A DNA stretch of 64,000 nt from the human T2T-CHM13v2.0 reference genome, Homo sapiens, in NCBI RefSeq assembly GCF_009914755.1, contig NC_060947.1; one strand, 5' to 3'. The translations under genes and the position numbers were made by a program. Below the pieces are notes generated by a model that saw only the letters and a program-made list of their open reading frames with translations, had not been told where the DNA came from and searched no databases. Below, in pieces: positions 28,380-42,362 of this stretch (within the stretch, counting starts at the first letter, position 1; the number at the start of each line of letters is the position of its first letter).

Positions 28380-31300
28380 AGTGGCCCAGATGGCTGACTA
28401 GAAGAATCTTAGGCTTGTGGCTCTCACAGAGAGGAATGAAAAGGGAAAGTAAACACAGCTCCTTCAACAGAAACATCCAGGTACTTACATTGGTACTAAT
28501 CAAGGACACAACTCGACCCATAGAGAACAGAGAAAGGCAAGGCGGAATGACAGCCCACCCAGGAGCGACATGGAGCCAAGGGAACCTCTCCCATCCCAGG
28601 AAGTGATGAGTGAATGTGCAATCTAGGAAACTACTCTTATCCCATGGATATTTGCAACCCTTGAGTCAGGAGGTTCCCTCGTGAACAAACATCTCCAGGA
28701 CCTTCAGTCTGACACACAGAACTACATGGAGTATCAGCAGAGCATCTGCTCAGGCACACATGAAAACTCCAGAGCTTTAGATATTCTGGCCCTGGACTTC
28801 CAGGAAAAGGAACTGCAACACCAGCAAAGAGGGAAGTTAGACTTCTTTACACAACCCTAGGAAAGAGGCTGAATTCAAGGGGTTGAGTGCAGCAACGGTC
28901 TGTGGTACCCACTTCCATGGCACCTCACAAGATAAGACCCACTGGCTTGGAATTCCAGCCAGCCACCAGTAGCAGTGTTGCATCTTCCTGGTACAGAGCT
29001 CCCAGGGGAATGGGTGAGCCATTATCTTTATTGTTTGAGCAACTTATCCATTCCAGGCTGCAGGCTTTGGAGAGCCCAAGCTGAACAGGGGTGAAAAAGA
29101 TCCCCCAGTACAGCACAACTACTCTAACAAAACGTGGCAAGACTGCTTCTTTAATTGGGTCCCCAATCTATGTCTCCTCACCAGGCAGGACCTTCCAACT
29201 GGGGCCTCAAGTTAACCCTGCCAGTGTTCTCCAGCTGACAGAGATTTCAAATTCCCTGGGACAGAGTTTCCAGAGGGAGGGGTGGGCCACCCTCTTTGCC
29301 ATTTGGGTGACTTAGCAATTCCAACCTGCAGGCTTTGGAGAGCCAAAGTCAATTGGGGCAGAAGTGATACCCCAGCACAGCACAGCTGCTCTATGAAAGT
29401 GTGGTCACACTGCTTCTTTAAGCAGGTCCCTGAACCAGCTCCTCCTCACTGGGCAGAACCTCCCAACCAGGGCCTCCAGCCACCCCTGCCGGTGTCATCT
29501 GGCCTACAGAAATTCAAAAACTCCCTGAGACAGAACTCCCAGTGGGAGGGGCAAGCTGCCATCTTTGGTGTTTGGGTGAGATAGCAGTTTCAGCCTTTGG
29601 GCTTTGGAGAGCCCAAATCAAACAGGCATGGAAGCAGTACCCCAGAACAGTACAGTGGCCCCATGAAAACATGGCCAGATTGCTTTTTAAGCAGATTCCT
29701 GACACCATTCCGCTTCACTGATTGGAGCCTCCAAATGAGGGTCTCTGACTACCTCCACTGGTGTTCTTCAGCTGACAGAGGTTTCAGGCCTCCCTGGGAT
29801 GGAGCTCCCAAGAGGAGAGGCAGACCATCATCTTTGCTTTTGGTTGACTTAGCTGGCCCAGCCATTGGGCTTCAGAGTGTCCGTGGTGACCAGGGGCTAA
29901 AGAGGAACCCCAGCACAGCACAGCTGCTCTATGAAAATGTGACCAGACTACATTTTTAACCAAGTCCTGACTGGGTGAGACCTTACATCCAGGGTCTCCA
30001 GCCACCTCCCACCAGTGCATTCCGGCTAGCAAAAGATCTGTAACTCCCTGGACAAAACTCCCAGAGGAAGGGTAAAGTTGCCACCTTTGCTGTTTCACAG
30101 CCTTCACTGGTGATACCTCCAAGTACTGAAAAATCTGAGGCAACTAGAGACTGGAGTGGATCCCAACATACTGCAGCAACCATATGAAAAAGGGGCCAGA
30201 CTGTTAAAATTACAAAAAAATAAATCCAAAGATCAGCAACCTCAAAGACTGAAGGTAGATAAGCCCACAAAGATGAGAAAGAGTCAGCGCAGAGTGTCTT
30301 CTTTCCTCCAAATGACATTATCTGTCCAGCAAAAGATCATAACTGGGCTGAGGCTGAGATGGCTAAAATAACAGAAGTAGAATTCAGAATGTAGATTGGG
30401 ATGAAGTTCATTGAGCTACAGGACTATGTTGTAACCCAAAGCAAGAAAGCTAAAAATCATGATAAAACATTGCAGGAGCTGACAGACAAAATAGCCGGTA
30501 TAGAGAAGAATGTAACTGACCTGATAGAGCTGAAAAATACACTAAAAGAATTACATAATGAAATCACAAATATTAATAGCAGAATAGATCAAGTGGAGGA
30601 AGAAACCTCAGAAAGTGTAGATTGAATTTCTGAAATAAGACAGGCAGATAAAAATACATAAAAAAGTATGAAAATGAATGAACAAAACCTCCAAGAAATA
30701 CAGGATTATGTAAAGATACTGAATCTATGACTGATTGATGTACTTGAAAGAGATGGGGAGCATGAAAACTACTTGAAAAATATATTTTAGGATAACATCC
30801 ATGACAACTTCCTCAACCTAGCTAGTGAGGCCAACACTCAAATTCAGAAAATGCAGAGAATCCCAGTAAAATACTCCACGAGAAGATCCTCCCCAAGACA
30901 CATAATCATCAGATACTCCAAGATCAAAATGAAATAAAAGTGTTAACGAAAGACAGAGAGGAAGGCCAGGTAACCTACAAAGGGAGGCTTATCAGACTAA
31001 CAGTGGGCCTCTCAGCTGAATCCCTGTAAGCCAGAAGAGATAGGGGGCCAATAGTCAACATCCTTAGAGAAAATAAATTCCAACCCAAAATTTTATATCT
31101 GGCCAAACTCAGCTTCATAAGTGAAGGATAAATAAAATTATTTTCAGAAAAGCAAAAGCTGAGAGAACTGGTTACCGTCAGACCTGACTTACAAGAGCTC
31201 CTGAAGTAAGCACTAAATATGGAAAGAAAAGACTGTTAGCAGCCACTGCAAAAACACAATGAAGTACACAAGACCAGTGACACTGTAAATCAATCACATA

Positions 31301-32040
31301 AACAAGCGTGCAAAATGACCAGCTAACATCATGATAAGATCAAATCCCCACATATCAATACTAACCTTAAATTTAAATGGGCTAAGAGACCCAGGGAAAG
31401 ACAGAGTGGAAAGCTGGATAAAAAAAAAACAAGACCCATTGGTATACTGTCTTCCAGAGACTCATCTCACATACAATGACATACATAGGCTCAAAATAAA
31501 AGGATGGAGAAAAATCTACCAAGCAAGTGGAAAACAGAAAAAAGCAGGCGTTGCAATCCTAGTTTCTGGCAAAACAGACTTTAAACAAACAAAGATGAAA
31601 AGATACAAAGAAAGGCATTAAATAATGGTAAAGTGTTCAATTCAACAAGGAGAGCTAACTATCCTAATATATATCCACCCAACAGGGGAGCACTGAGATT
31701 CATAAAGCAAGTTTTTAGAGAACTTCAAAGAGACTTAGACTCCGACATAACACTAGTGAGAGACTTTAACATCCCACTGACAATATTAGACAGATCATCA
31801 AGATAGAAAATTACAAAGACATTCAGGACCTGAACTCAGCACTGGATCAAATGGACCTGAGAGATATCTACAGAACACTCCACACAAAAATAACACAATA
31901 TACATTCTTCTCATCACCACATGGTCCTTACTCTAAAATAGATCCCGTGATTGGAAGTAAAGCACTCCTTAGCAAATGCAAAATAACTGAAATCATAACA
32001 GTCTCTCAGACCACAGTACAATCAAATTAGAAAAAAAAGA
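28380..32040 (+). mobile_element. Older L1PA (about L1PA13/L1PREC2-like): 5'UTR, ORF1 and start of ORF2; 3' part missing
   Basis: GGCCCAGATGGCTGACTAGAAG start; ORF1 ATG at about 30273; ORF2 MIRSNPHISILTLNLNGL at 31331; ends in the endonuclease region (SDHSTIKLE). Confidence 0.9.
28990..30100 (+). repeat. About 270-bp monomer array (4 units) in the L1 5'UTR
   Basis: CCCAGCACAGCACAGCTGCTCTATGAAA-like motif recurs at about 29103, 29371, 29641 and 29908. Confidence 0.85.
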
Positions 32041-34390
32041 TTTTGAATTTCTCTCTGGGTTATCTTGCATTTCTTTGAGTTTCCTCAAAACAGCTATTTT
32101 GAATTCTGTCTGAAACATCACATATCTCTATCTTTCTGGGATTGGTCCCTGATGCCTTATTTAGTTCATTTGGTGAGGTCACATTTTTTTGGACGGCCTT
32201 AAATGCTAATGGATGTTCATCAATGTCTGGATACTGAAGAATTAGGTATTTATTGTACTCTTCACAGTCTGGGTTTATTTGTATCCATCCTTATTGGGAA
32301 GGCTTTTCAGGTATTTGAAGGTACCTGGGTGTTGTGATCTAAGCTGTATCTGCTTTAGAGGGCATGCCAATCCCAGTAACACTGTGATTCTTTCAGACTC
32401 ATAGAGGTGTTGCCTTGATGATCTTGCAAAAGATCCATAAGAATTCTCTGGATTACCAGGAAGAAACTCTTGTTCTCTTCTCTTACTTTCTCCCAAATGA
32501 ATAGAGTCTCTCTCTGTGCTGAGCTTCCTGGAGCTGGGGAAATTGTGTCACAGCACCCCTGTTGCCACCATCATGAAACTGCACTGTGACAAACCTGAAG
32601 CCAGCACAGCACTGAGTCTCACCCAAAGCCCACTGTGTTCACTGAAGTACCCAAGGCCCTACTATCAGCAGGTAATGAAACCAGCCAGTCTTGTGGCCTT
32701 TCCTTCAGGGTAGCGAGGTCCTCCAGGAGAAACTGGGGAATACATGTTGTCTGAGAACCAGGGCCTGGAGTCAGAAACCTTAGACATCTACCTGGTGCTG
32801 TATTCTACTGCAGCTGAGCTGGCAGCAAAACCACAAGAGAAAGTTTTTCCCACTCTTCCCTCCCCTTTTCCCAGGCAGAGGAGTCTCTCCCCATGTCCAC
32901 CACCACCACAGGCCTACAGGGAGAACTGAGAGTGTACTGTTGATGTTCACTTAAGGCCAAGTGGCTCTTTAGTCAGTTTGTGGTGAATGCAACCTGGCCA
33001 GAGACTTATCCTTCAAGGCAGTGGGCTCTCCTATGGCCCAGGGTAGATCCAAAAATGTCATCTGAGAGCCAAGACCTGGAGTCAGGGACCCCAACAGCCT
33101 GCTTGATGCCCTTCCTAACTATGGTTGAGCTAATACCTAAGCTATAAGACAAAGTACTCTTTATTCTTCCCTCTCCTTTTCTCAAGCAGAAGGAGTCTCT
33201 TATAGCCACCACAGTTGTGAATATACAGGGTCACACCTGAAACCAGCACATCTCAGGATCTCCCTCAAGGCCCAGGGCATGTGCTACCTGGTTATCACTG
33301 CTGATTATTCAGGGTTCAAGGGCTCTTTAGTCAGCAGGTGATGAATCCTTCCAGAACTAGGTCCTTTCCTTCAGGGCAGTGAGTTCTCTTCTGGCACAAG
33401 GTGTGTCTAGCAATGCCATCCTGGAGCTAGGGCCTGAAATGAGGGCCTCACAACTCTGCCTGGCGCCCTATCCTTCACTGTGGCTGTGTTGATATCCAAG
33501 TTTCAAAACAAAGTCTTCTTTACTCTTTTCTCTCCTTTCCTCAAGTGGAAGGAAGGAGTCTCTTTTGGAGTTCCAAGCTGTGCTGCCTGGGGTTGGGGAA
33601 GGAGTGGTAAAAGCACTTCCTTACCCACACCAGCTGGTGTCTCAATAGGTCAAGTGCCCCCTAAGTCCGCTGGCTCCAAGATGAACACAGCACTCACCAG
33701 GACTTGGCAAGGAATTGCAGTCCTTGTGGCCTACACTGCCATTCAAGTTTATTTAGAACCTCAGGGTACTTTAGTCCAAGGTGGCAAGGCTGGCTCAAAC
33801 TCAAGCTCTGACAACTAGGATGAGCATTTTCCTCTGACTAGGGCTGGTCTAAATGCTACCTCTGTGAGCATCAGCTGAGTTATGCCTAGGGTTGGCAGCA
33901 CTGAGTTCCTATGCAAAATTCCACAATTAGTACACTCTCCCTCCCCCAAGTACACAGATTCTCTCCCCTGCCACATAATTGCTCCTGGGGGATTAACTCA
34001 AGCTCCTACCAATGGGATGAATATTTTTCCACTGGCTAGAGCTGGTCTAAATGCTACCTCCATGAACATCAACTGAGTTCTGCCTGGTGTTGGCAGCATT
34101 GAGTTCCTATGGAAAATCCCACAATTGCTGCACTCTCCCTCCCCCAAGTGCACAGATTATCCTGCCATATAGATGCTCCTGGGGGGTGTGGGATGGGTGG
34201 TGTTGGCAATTCAAGACTGTCTTTTCCACTCCTTTCAGTGCCTCTTTCAATGATATGAAGTTAAAACCAGGTACTATGATCACTCACTCCATTTTTAGTT
34301 ATTATAAAGGTGGTTTTTTGTTTAGATAGTTGTCAAATTTGTTGTTTCATTGGTGGAGGCTTCTATTCAGCCATCTTGCTCCACCTCCTC
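32041..34390 (-). mobile_element. L1MA (L1M1/L1M2-type) 5'UTR and ORF1 start, with internal tandem repeats
   Basis: Ends CAGCCATCTTGCTCCACCTCC (reverse of the L1 start). Repeated blocks at about 32750/33060/33415 and 33818/34015. Confidence 0.85.
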
Positions 34391-35112
34391 AGGACTATTC
34401 TTATACAGTGTCTTCTGAAGCCCAACATTAAATAATATGTTAGTAAAATGCCTTAAAGGACTGTCTTACAGATTCCATTGGTCCCAGGTGGATTGACAAA
34501 GCAAAACTGAGGAATAGAAAGTAGTCTCATGAGCTACAAGAAAGATTTTCCTGAGATAATGCTGATCGCTTCCCTCAATGGGACAGCAACAAATTTGGCT
34601 GATCACAGACCTAGCTGAAAGCCATTTGAATTAACAGAGAATAAATAAAACGTAGCAAATGATTGGCCCCACATTCCCATCTTTATTTGAGAACCAACCA
34701 TCATTCTTTCCAATATCCAAAAGAAAAACAGCTCTGATGTGGGTCAAGGAGACCTTGTTAGTAGGGATTGTAGCTTTCCATTGTAGGGGCATGAAGATTC
34801 AAAATTCTGTCTTCCTTAGGATATTATTAAGTTGGATTCTTTCTCTTTCTTCCCTCTCATATGATTTTTACAATAAAATTGGTCCAGGGTTGCTTAGAAA
34901 AAGCCCCATCAACACCACCACCTTTGAATAACCCAGCAGGACCAGAGAGAAAGGAGGCCTAGGACAGGCAGTTAAGGGAGAAGGCTTCTCATTTGATGTT
35001 TCAATCCTTGCCTCACAGTACTGACAATGGTTCAATATAGAGAAGTCTATAGTATGTTCCTGAGAAAAAGAGATGAATGAGCAAGCCACTCCACCTTTTT
35101 TATAGCCTAGGC

Positions 35113-35296
35113 CCATGGTTCTCAATATTGGTTACCCAAGCTAATAAAATCAGTGTCACCTGAGAACTTTGGAGATACAAATCCTCAGCCACTGCCAGAC
35201 CTACTGAATCAGAACTCTGGAGGTGGCACCCAGAAATCTGTGTTTTAGCGAACTCCTCAGATAATTCTGATGCATACTCAAGTTTGAGAACCACTA
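35113..35296 (+). mobile_element. MER5A-like hAT-Charlie DNA transposon (MITE)
   Basis: Terminal inverted repeats TGGTTCTCAA / TTGAGAACCACT; 8-bp TSD GCCTAGGC / GCCCAGGT; internal AGACCTACTGAATCAGAA. Confidence 0.9.
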
Positions 35297-35704
35297 GCCC
35301 AGGTAAACAATCTTTAAAGCTCAAACAGAGTCTAGCTCAGTTCCCCAGAGTAGAACAATACATCATGATTTAGAGAGTCAAAGCACTAGTTACCACTGAC
35401 ATGTGCATTTGACTGCAGTGTTCCCTCTGTATCTACCCCTCAGTTATTCTGCAGGATAGGATTCAAGGTTTGAGAAATTCCAATACTGGACATCTTAATT
35501 AGTGGGATTGTGGACAGTGCTATAGGCCTTATTGAAATGGGAATTTTCTCAAGCACTAATATGCAGCGTTGTATAATTATTTTAGCAGCATGCCGTTTTG
35601 GTTCCAGACACTTCTAATGGTCACTCATGGACAAGTAGGTCATTGAGTACCTAAAAGCAATTCCTCAGATTTTATTTTAGATGAAAGAATACTCCTAAGC
35701 TCAC

Positions 35705-36065
35705 TTCTAGTGTCTGAATGTTGATGTCTCCCAAAATTCACATGTTGAAACCTAATGCTTGAGGTGATAGTATTAACAAGTGGAGCTTCGGGGAAGTAAG
35801 TCATGAGGTCTTCATCCCCATAAATGGGATTAGTGCTCTTATAAAAGAGGCTGGAGCAAACTACCTTGACCCTTCCTTCTGTCATGTGAGAACACACCAA
35901 AAAGTGCTATCTTTGGTGCAGAGAGCAAGCCTTCAACAAACGGAATCTGCTGATGCCTTGATCTTGGACCTCCCAGCCTCCCGAACTGTGAGCAATAAAT
36001 TTCTGTTGTCTATAAATTATCAAGTCAAAGGTATTTTGTTATAGTATCCCTAGCAGACTAAGACA
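35705..36065 (+). mobile_element. MaLR solo LTR (MLT1A/MSTD-like)
   Basis: CCCAAAATTCACATGTTGAAACCTAA...AATGGGATTAGTGCTCTTATAAAAGAG...GAACTGTGAGCAATAAATTTCTG...GACTAAGACA. Confidence 0.88.
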
Positions 36066-37740
36066 CACACCTATACCAAGCAGAATTATGTACCCAATTT
36101 AGGGAAAGAACACACAGAAAAACAAAACAAGACCCTTAGAGCTACGGTGAAAGAAAGTGACCATCAACATGGCCAGAGCCTAGATTTGCAGCTGAATATG
36201 CGCTCCTCATGAAAGAATCAAGGGCAGAGAGTTTTCAACCTATATCGTCAACTTAGATAGAGGAGGTTTTAATCAACTAAAAAAGAAGCGACCAAGTTCC
36301 ATGCAGCTCTTCAGTTTAAGGAGAAGATAAAGGTAAGGCTTTGGCAAACAATTAAAAGATCTTCCCTTTGTAGCTAAGAAATGTGATTCATTCCCTCTCA
36401 GATCTCCCTGTTCTCATCAGGAACCAACATCAATGGCTCAACATTTTAGTTCATACTGAATCATTGTCTTTTGCTCAGACCCCAAAGACACTAACCTCAA
36501 AGCCTTTTCCATTTGGAGTATACTGTTCCTCCTATGCACCCATCTCTGTCTTGCTTTCATGAAGAAATTACACCTCCATCTCTATGATTAACCATGAAAC
36601 CCTGCTCTCACAAACTCTGGTCTCAGTGTTGGCTAAATAAGAATTATCTAGTGGGCTTGTTAATAATACAGATGCCAAATCTTACTCTCAGAGATTCTGT
36701 TTCACTATGTTTGGAAAGTCCCTCAGATTTTGACAGACAGCAATGTTTGGAAATAACTCACTTAAGAAGTGACATCATCTGCTCAGACTCCCTAGCCAGA
36801 CTGTCGCAGACCAAAGTCTCCACTTTTAACAGAGCCACTCCTCAACCCTCCAAAGGAAAGGTCTACTTACCCTCTACACACGGGAACTAGGCAGACATTT
36901 GATAACATATTTTCACTCTTTGGTATCTCTGAATATTCCAAATGATGTGGACTGTATGCGCAGGCTAGCTACATAGTGTGTACTCAGTAAAGACCTGGGA
37001 GCTTGACCGGCATTTCACAGAAAAGGTAAGCACATCTGCTAAATTCCTCGATTAAGGCCAAATCACTAGAAAAGCTTCAAGAGGAATAGGCAGTAAAGTC
37101 AGTTAGAGATTTTTACAAGTTCACTTGCGTATGAACAAGTTTTGGGAGACAAAAAAGGAGATTGTGATAACCATTGGTCATTCATGCACTCTTATGCACA
37201 GATGGAAATATTAATAATTATAAACTCCAAGTTACTCAGTATTGACTATACCAGAGTAACAATCCCTGTAACGTGGTCAATTATATTCATATTATATACA
37301 AGTAAAATGATATCAGAGAAGGTAAGTTATTTTTTTAAGTCACACAAGCTAATAAGGAATATTCCTTACTATCTGAGTCAGTCTTCCAACAAAATTGGTC
37401 TCTTTCTAAAGCCCAGGACATATTACTACTGCAATGACAGGAGAGTCCTTTAGAAATGCAAACCCTTTTCTTCATCTTTTGATTAGCTTACTATGCAACA
37501 GGCTCGTTTCTTCTAGAAGAAGGTATTCATCAGATCAGCGTATCTACAGAGTAAAACTAGAGTTTTGCCTGTGGAATGGCACCCTGGGAAAAGGTAGAGC
37601 CTAAGAATCTCCACCTAGAAGCAAAGCATGATAAAAATGCACAGCCACACAGGTTTATCTACTCAAGGGATTCTTCTTTGCTAACAAGACTTTGGACTAT
37701 TGGACTAAATGGTGTTGTTTTAAGCCCTTCCGGGAAGCCT

Positions 37741-37742
<2 letters not shown>

Positions 37743-37788
<46 letters not shown>
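37743..37788. repeat. (GT)23 microsatellite
   Basis: Uninterrupted GT run. Confidence 0.98.
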
Positions 37789-37792
<4 letters not shown>

Positions 37793-38877
37793 TTTAGGGG
37801 TGGGAGGTAGGGAAGATGAGATCTGGGAATAGGAACACAATCCCTTAGACTATCACCAATTCATCTTGTCAAAGAACAAAGGTATTTCTTACAACACACT
37901 TCCCAGCCTCAGTCTTCTTTCCCCCACATTTACATAATCTCTTTCACTTTCCAGTGTAATTCAAAAAGGGAGTCAGGATAGGTAAGAATAACAGCTACAA
38001 AACATTGCTTTTCAGGGATTGCAAATAGAACTACCTCCAAAGAACAACAGGCAGTATTTTGTCTCATTGTTCCTACAGTGGGGAACCTCAAACTCACTAA
38101 CATGGCCCAGAACTTATCTATATATCATCTACTCCAATACCCTCTTAATAATAAACACCCAAGGCATAGGAGTATAATACAACTATAAATATCTTTAGCA
38201 ATGCTATCTTAAAGAATACAAAAGATATAATACCATAGAAATATATGGTCCTTTCTTTGTGAAAGGGAATAGCACCTTTCAATTGCACCCCCACATTTCA
38301 GAGAAGAAAATAAGGGCTTTTCATCAAGAATAATGAACAACAGAAAAGATTTCAAGAATACATGCAGTTCTAGTCCTCAGGTTGAAAATAGAACGCATTT
38401 AAAAAAAAAAAAAAAATCTAGAAACATTTACCTTGCTTTAAAAATCCAGATTGGCTCTTTAAAACTTCTTCTTCAAAAAAAATTGGTAGGAAAAATAATA
38501 TACCCTTTGACTTGTCAAAAGCAGATGTTATATTTTCACTACCACGACATGTTTATTAAATAAAATTTTATGCTCCTGGTCTCTAGCTTGAAAAATGAAC
38601 GAGTTGCATGCCTTAGATATTTTGTTTTGCTTTTAGTAGTAAAAACTAGGTTACTTTTCACTAATACTGAATTTTATTGATTTTTTTGTTGAGTCCATGT
38701 TTTTTCCATGTCAACAGCCCTTGACATGAATGGTTCTTCACCTCTGCTCTAGATGGACCTAAGCCCACACAGTGGGTTTGCTACTGATTTGTCATAAGCA
38801 CAAATGAAGTGAGAGAAAAATGTCTGGAGGAAAAAAAAAGCAAGTATCTCAGTTGGTATTCAGTTGAGAAAATATTG

Positions 38878-39025
38878 GAGGCAGCACTGTAGTAGAAAGA
38901 ATATGGCACAAATAGTCTGGTGACATGGCTTCTAGTCCCAGTTCTTCCACTCACTGGATGTATCATCTAATATACAGTACTTTCTTTCCTTCTATGTGGT
39001 TTATTTTCCTCATCTTTAAAATTGA
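38878..39025 (+). mobile_element. MIR fragment
   Basis: GAGGCAGCACTGTAGTAGAAAGA...TTCTAGTCCCAGTTCTTCCACT...TTTTCCTCATCTTTAAAAT. Confidence 0.65.
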
Positions 39026-39582
39026 GGTGAGGGTGAGCCAAGAAAGTGGAAGGAAAGGAAAAGCAAGGAAAGGTGATTAGACCAGGAGGTCTCTAAAGTC
39101 AAGCTCTAACATACCTTGAGGACTTAGAGTTTAAGATCAAGAAGAAAAAAAAGAGGAAGAAAGCTCAGCCTAAACACTCTAGGTGCACTCTAGGCAAAGA
39201 AGAAATAGCTCCTAACCTCCATTTGCAGGTCCCAAAAAATATCTCACAGCCCTATAGCTATTCGTTTTCTTAAAGTAACCAGACTTCAACATGCCACACA
39301 GCCAAGCTTGACAAGGACAGGGGGGACCTGATAGTGACATTTTCTAATCTCTGCTACCTATGTGTTTTCTATTGGATAATTCTCTGCCAAATCCAACTGG
39401 AATGGCCTGCAGTATAGCAAAGTGTGTTGGCCAGGATTCCTCAAAATAAATTAGCACATTATCTCCTTTGCAGTAAGTCTGCCAAGATTCTTCTCTCAGC
39501 TCTGTAGTTCAACAGTTCCTGTGTCAGTTCCTGCCCAAAACTGGGTGTCCCACATGTCAATCAGCATGAGCTTTTTACTGGC

Positions 39583-39913
39583 CCTGCCATCTTTCTCCTG
39601 TGGTGGATGTTTCCTGCCCTCAAACATCAGACTCCAGGTTCTTCAGTTTTGAGACTTCTACTGGCTCTCCTTGCTCCTCAAGCTTGCAAACAGTCTATTG
39701 TGACACCTTGTGATCATGTAAGCTAAAACTTTATAAACTCATATATGTGCATATATATACACATATATATACACATATATATACACATATATATACACAT
39801 ATATGTGTATATATATACATATATATGTGTATATATATACATATATATGTGTATATATATACACATATATGAGTATATGTGTGTATATATATATGTGTAT
39901 ATATATATATATA

Positions 39914-39962
<49 letters not shown>
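39583..39962 (+). mobile_element. MLT2A 5' LTR of HERV-L, truncated at both ends
   Basis: 39590-39740 aligns to 46215-46365 of the 3' LTR, then runs into an expanded TA repeat. Confidence 0.88.
39741..39962. repeat. Compound (TA)n/(TATACACA)n/(TGTA)n microsatellite
   Basis: Seen directly in the sequence. Confidence 0.97.
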
Positions 39963-39965
<3 letters not shown>

Positions 39966-41791
39966 TTTGACACTCCTGATTCACCACTCAGGAGAGGCAA
40001 AATGTTTAGTGACTCTATTCATAATACCTTTGACTATATGTGGAGAACCAAGGAACATAATGAAGCTGGTTGGTTGCTCCGGTGGACAAAGTGATGAAAG
40101 AAAATGATGAACTCAGAGATTCTGTCTCCCAGCTTCAGAAGCAGATCCTGAGCCTCAAATCTGCTAAGATTGCTCTCAGTGAGAGTCATCACCTGAAGAG
40201 ACAGAGCTGAAATTGTGGAAAAACAAACACAAGCTCTCATCATGAGAGTGGCTGACCTGTAATGAAAGGTGCATGCACAGCCTCGCCACGTGTCTACTGT
40301 TAAAGTGAGGGCATTGATTGGAAAAGAATGGGACACTGCAACTTGGAATGGGGACGTGTGGGAGGACCGTGATGAAGATGGAGACACTGAGTTTGTAAAC
40401 TCTGAAGAAACTTTTTTGCCAGAAGGAATATCTTCCCCATCCCCAGTAATGACAACATCCCCTCCCTAACCCATGCTGCCATCAGCCTTTCCACCTTTAT
40501 CTGAGGAGATAAATCTATCGCTGCCTGAGGCAACAGTGATGGCCTCTCCTGAGGCAGCTGCCACGCAAAATGATGTCGATTCTCTTCAGAAGCCACCCCC
40601 AACATCCCTGTTTGCTTCTAGACTTATAACTAGACTAAAGTCCTTGCAAGACCCTAGAGGTGAGGTTGAGCATGTGACCCATGAGGAGGTGCACTACACT
40701 TGAAAATAACTGTTTGAGTTCTCTAATTTATATAAACAGAAATACAGAGAACAAGAATGGGAATGGATATTAAGGGTGTGGGATAATGGTAGAAGAAACA
40801 TAGAGTTGAATCAGGCTGAATTTATTGATTTGGTCCCACTAAGTAGAGACTCTGCATTTAATGTTGCAGCTTGTGGAGTTAAAAAAAGGTTCTAATAGTT
40901 GATTTGCTTGGTTAGCCGAAATATGGATTAAAAGATGGCCCACTGTGAGTGAGTTGATAATGATAATGCCTGGTCTCCCTTGGTTTAATGTAGAGAAGGG
41001 GATCAAAAGGCTTAGGGAGATTGGGATGGTGGAGTGGACTAGTCACTTTAGACATAGTCATCTCAGCTGGGAGGGTCCAGAAGATATGCCCTTGTCCAAT
41101 GCCTTGTGAAATATATTTGTGAGAGCAACACTTGCATCTTTGAAGGGCCCTTTAATTACTCTTCTCTGAATTTCAGATCTAACGGTGGGAACCATAGTCA
41201 ACTATAAAATTTAAGTACAATGGGAATAATTGGATCCTGAGGGGGCAGGAACCAAGTGGCAGCAGTCAATCATCAAATGCAAGGTGGCCATAGGTACTGT
41301 AATGGACAGCAGAGACAAAGCGGCAATCAGAATACTCTGACTCCTATAGAGCTCTGGCATTGGCTAATTAATCACGGTGTCCCTAGAAGTGAAACTGATA
41401 GGAAACCTACTGCATTTCTACTTAATTTATATAAGCAGCAAACTTCTAGGTCAAATGGACAAAAGACTAATTTGAATTATAAAAATAGAAAATCATGGTC
41501 CCTCAATCTATTTCGACTTGAGCCAGTTTACAGAAGCAGAATTCTTTGAATGAAGCGGAGGCTGGGTCCCTTTGAGGAAGGACCCAACTACATTACCGAC
41601 AATTTATGCATTGAATATTTCTCCCATTCTTCCCCAAGAACACTTCCAGCCTTTTACCTGGATAACTGTGCACTGGGGAAAGGGAAATAATCAGACATTT
41701 CAGAGACTGCTGGACACAGGCTCTGAGCTGACATTGATTCCGGCGGACCCAAAACATCATTGTGGTCCTCCAGTTAAAACAGGGGCTTATG

Positions 41792-42362
41792 CATCCCATT
41801 ACTGGGTATATACCCAAAGGATTATAAGTCATGCTGCTATAAAGACACATGCACACGTATGTTTATTGTGGCACTATTCACAATAGCAAAGACTTGGAAC
41901 CAACCAAAATGTCCAACAACGATAGACTGGATTAAGAAAATGTGGCACATATACACCATGGAATACTATGCAGCCATAAAAAAGGATGAGTTCATGTCCT
42001 TTGTAGGGACATGGATGAAGCTGGAAACCATCATTCTAGAAAACTATCGCAACGACAAAAAACCAAACACCGCATGTTCCCACCCATAGGTGGGAACTGA
42101 ACAATGAGAAAACTTGGACACAGGAAGGGGAACATCACACACCAGGGCCTGTTGTGGGGTGGAGGGAGGGGGGAGGGATAGCATTAGGAGGTATACCTAA
42201 TGTAAATGATGAGTTAACGGGTGCAGCACACCAACATGGCACATGTATACATATGTAACAAACCTGCAGGTTGTGCACATGTACCCTAGAACTTAAAGCA
42301 TAATAAATATATACATATATATATAAAAGAGTTGGTACCAAGAAAAAAAATAAAAATAAAAT
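41792..42362 (+). mobile_element. 5'-truncated L1PA5-like element inserted in the HERV-L protease, with a short 3' extra segment
   Basis: L1 ORF2 end and 3'UTR. TSD AAAACAGGGGCTTATG (41776-41791) / AAAATAGGGGTTATG (42363-42377). Confidence 0.95.

Noticed and set aside
32021-32045. A8 run as a premature poly-A tail of a 3'-truncated L1 insertion
   Set aside because: No TSD matches the element's 5' flank, and host L1MA sequence is also missing, which favours a deletion.
28990-34170. Periodic 200-350-bp repeats as a novel array or CRISPR-like locus
   Set aside because: They are diverged monomers inside L1 5'UTRs, with no repeat-spacer structure, in a eukaryotic context.
39340-39582. Possible exon upstream of the truncated MLT2A LTR
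   Set aside because: No convincing ORF, protein similarity or paired splice sites.
39731-40107. ORFs rich in Y/I/H/V on both strands
   Set aside because: These are translations of the TA microsatellite.
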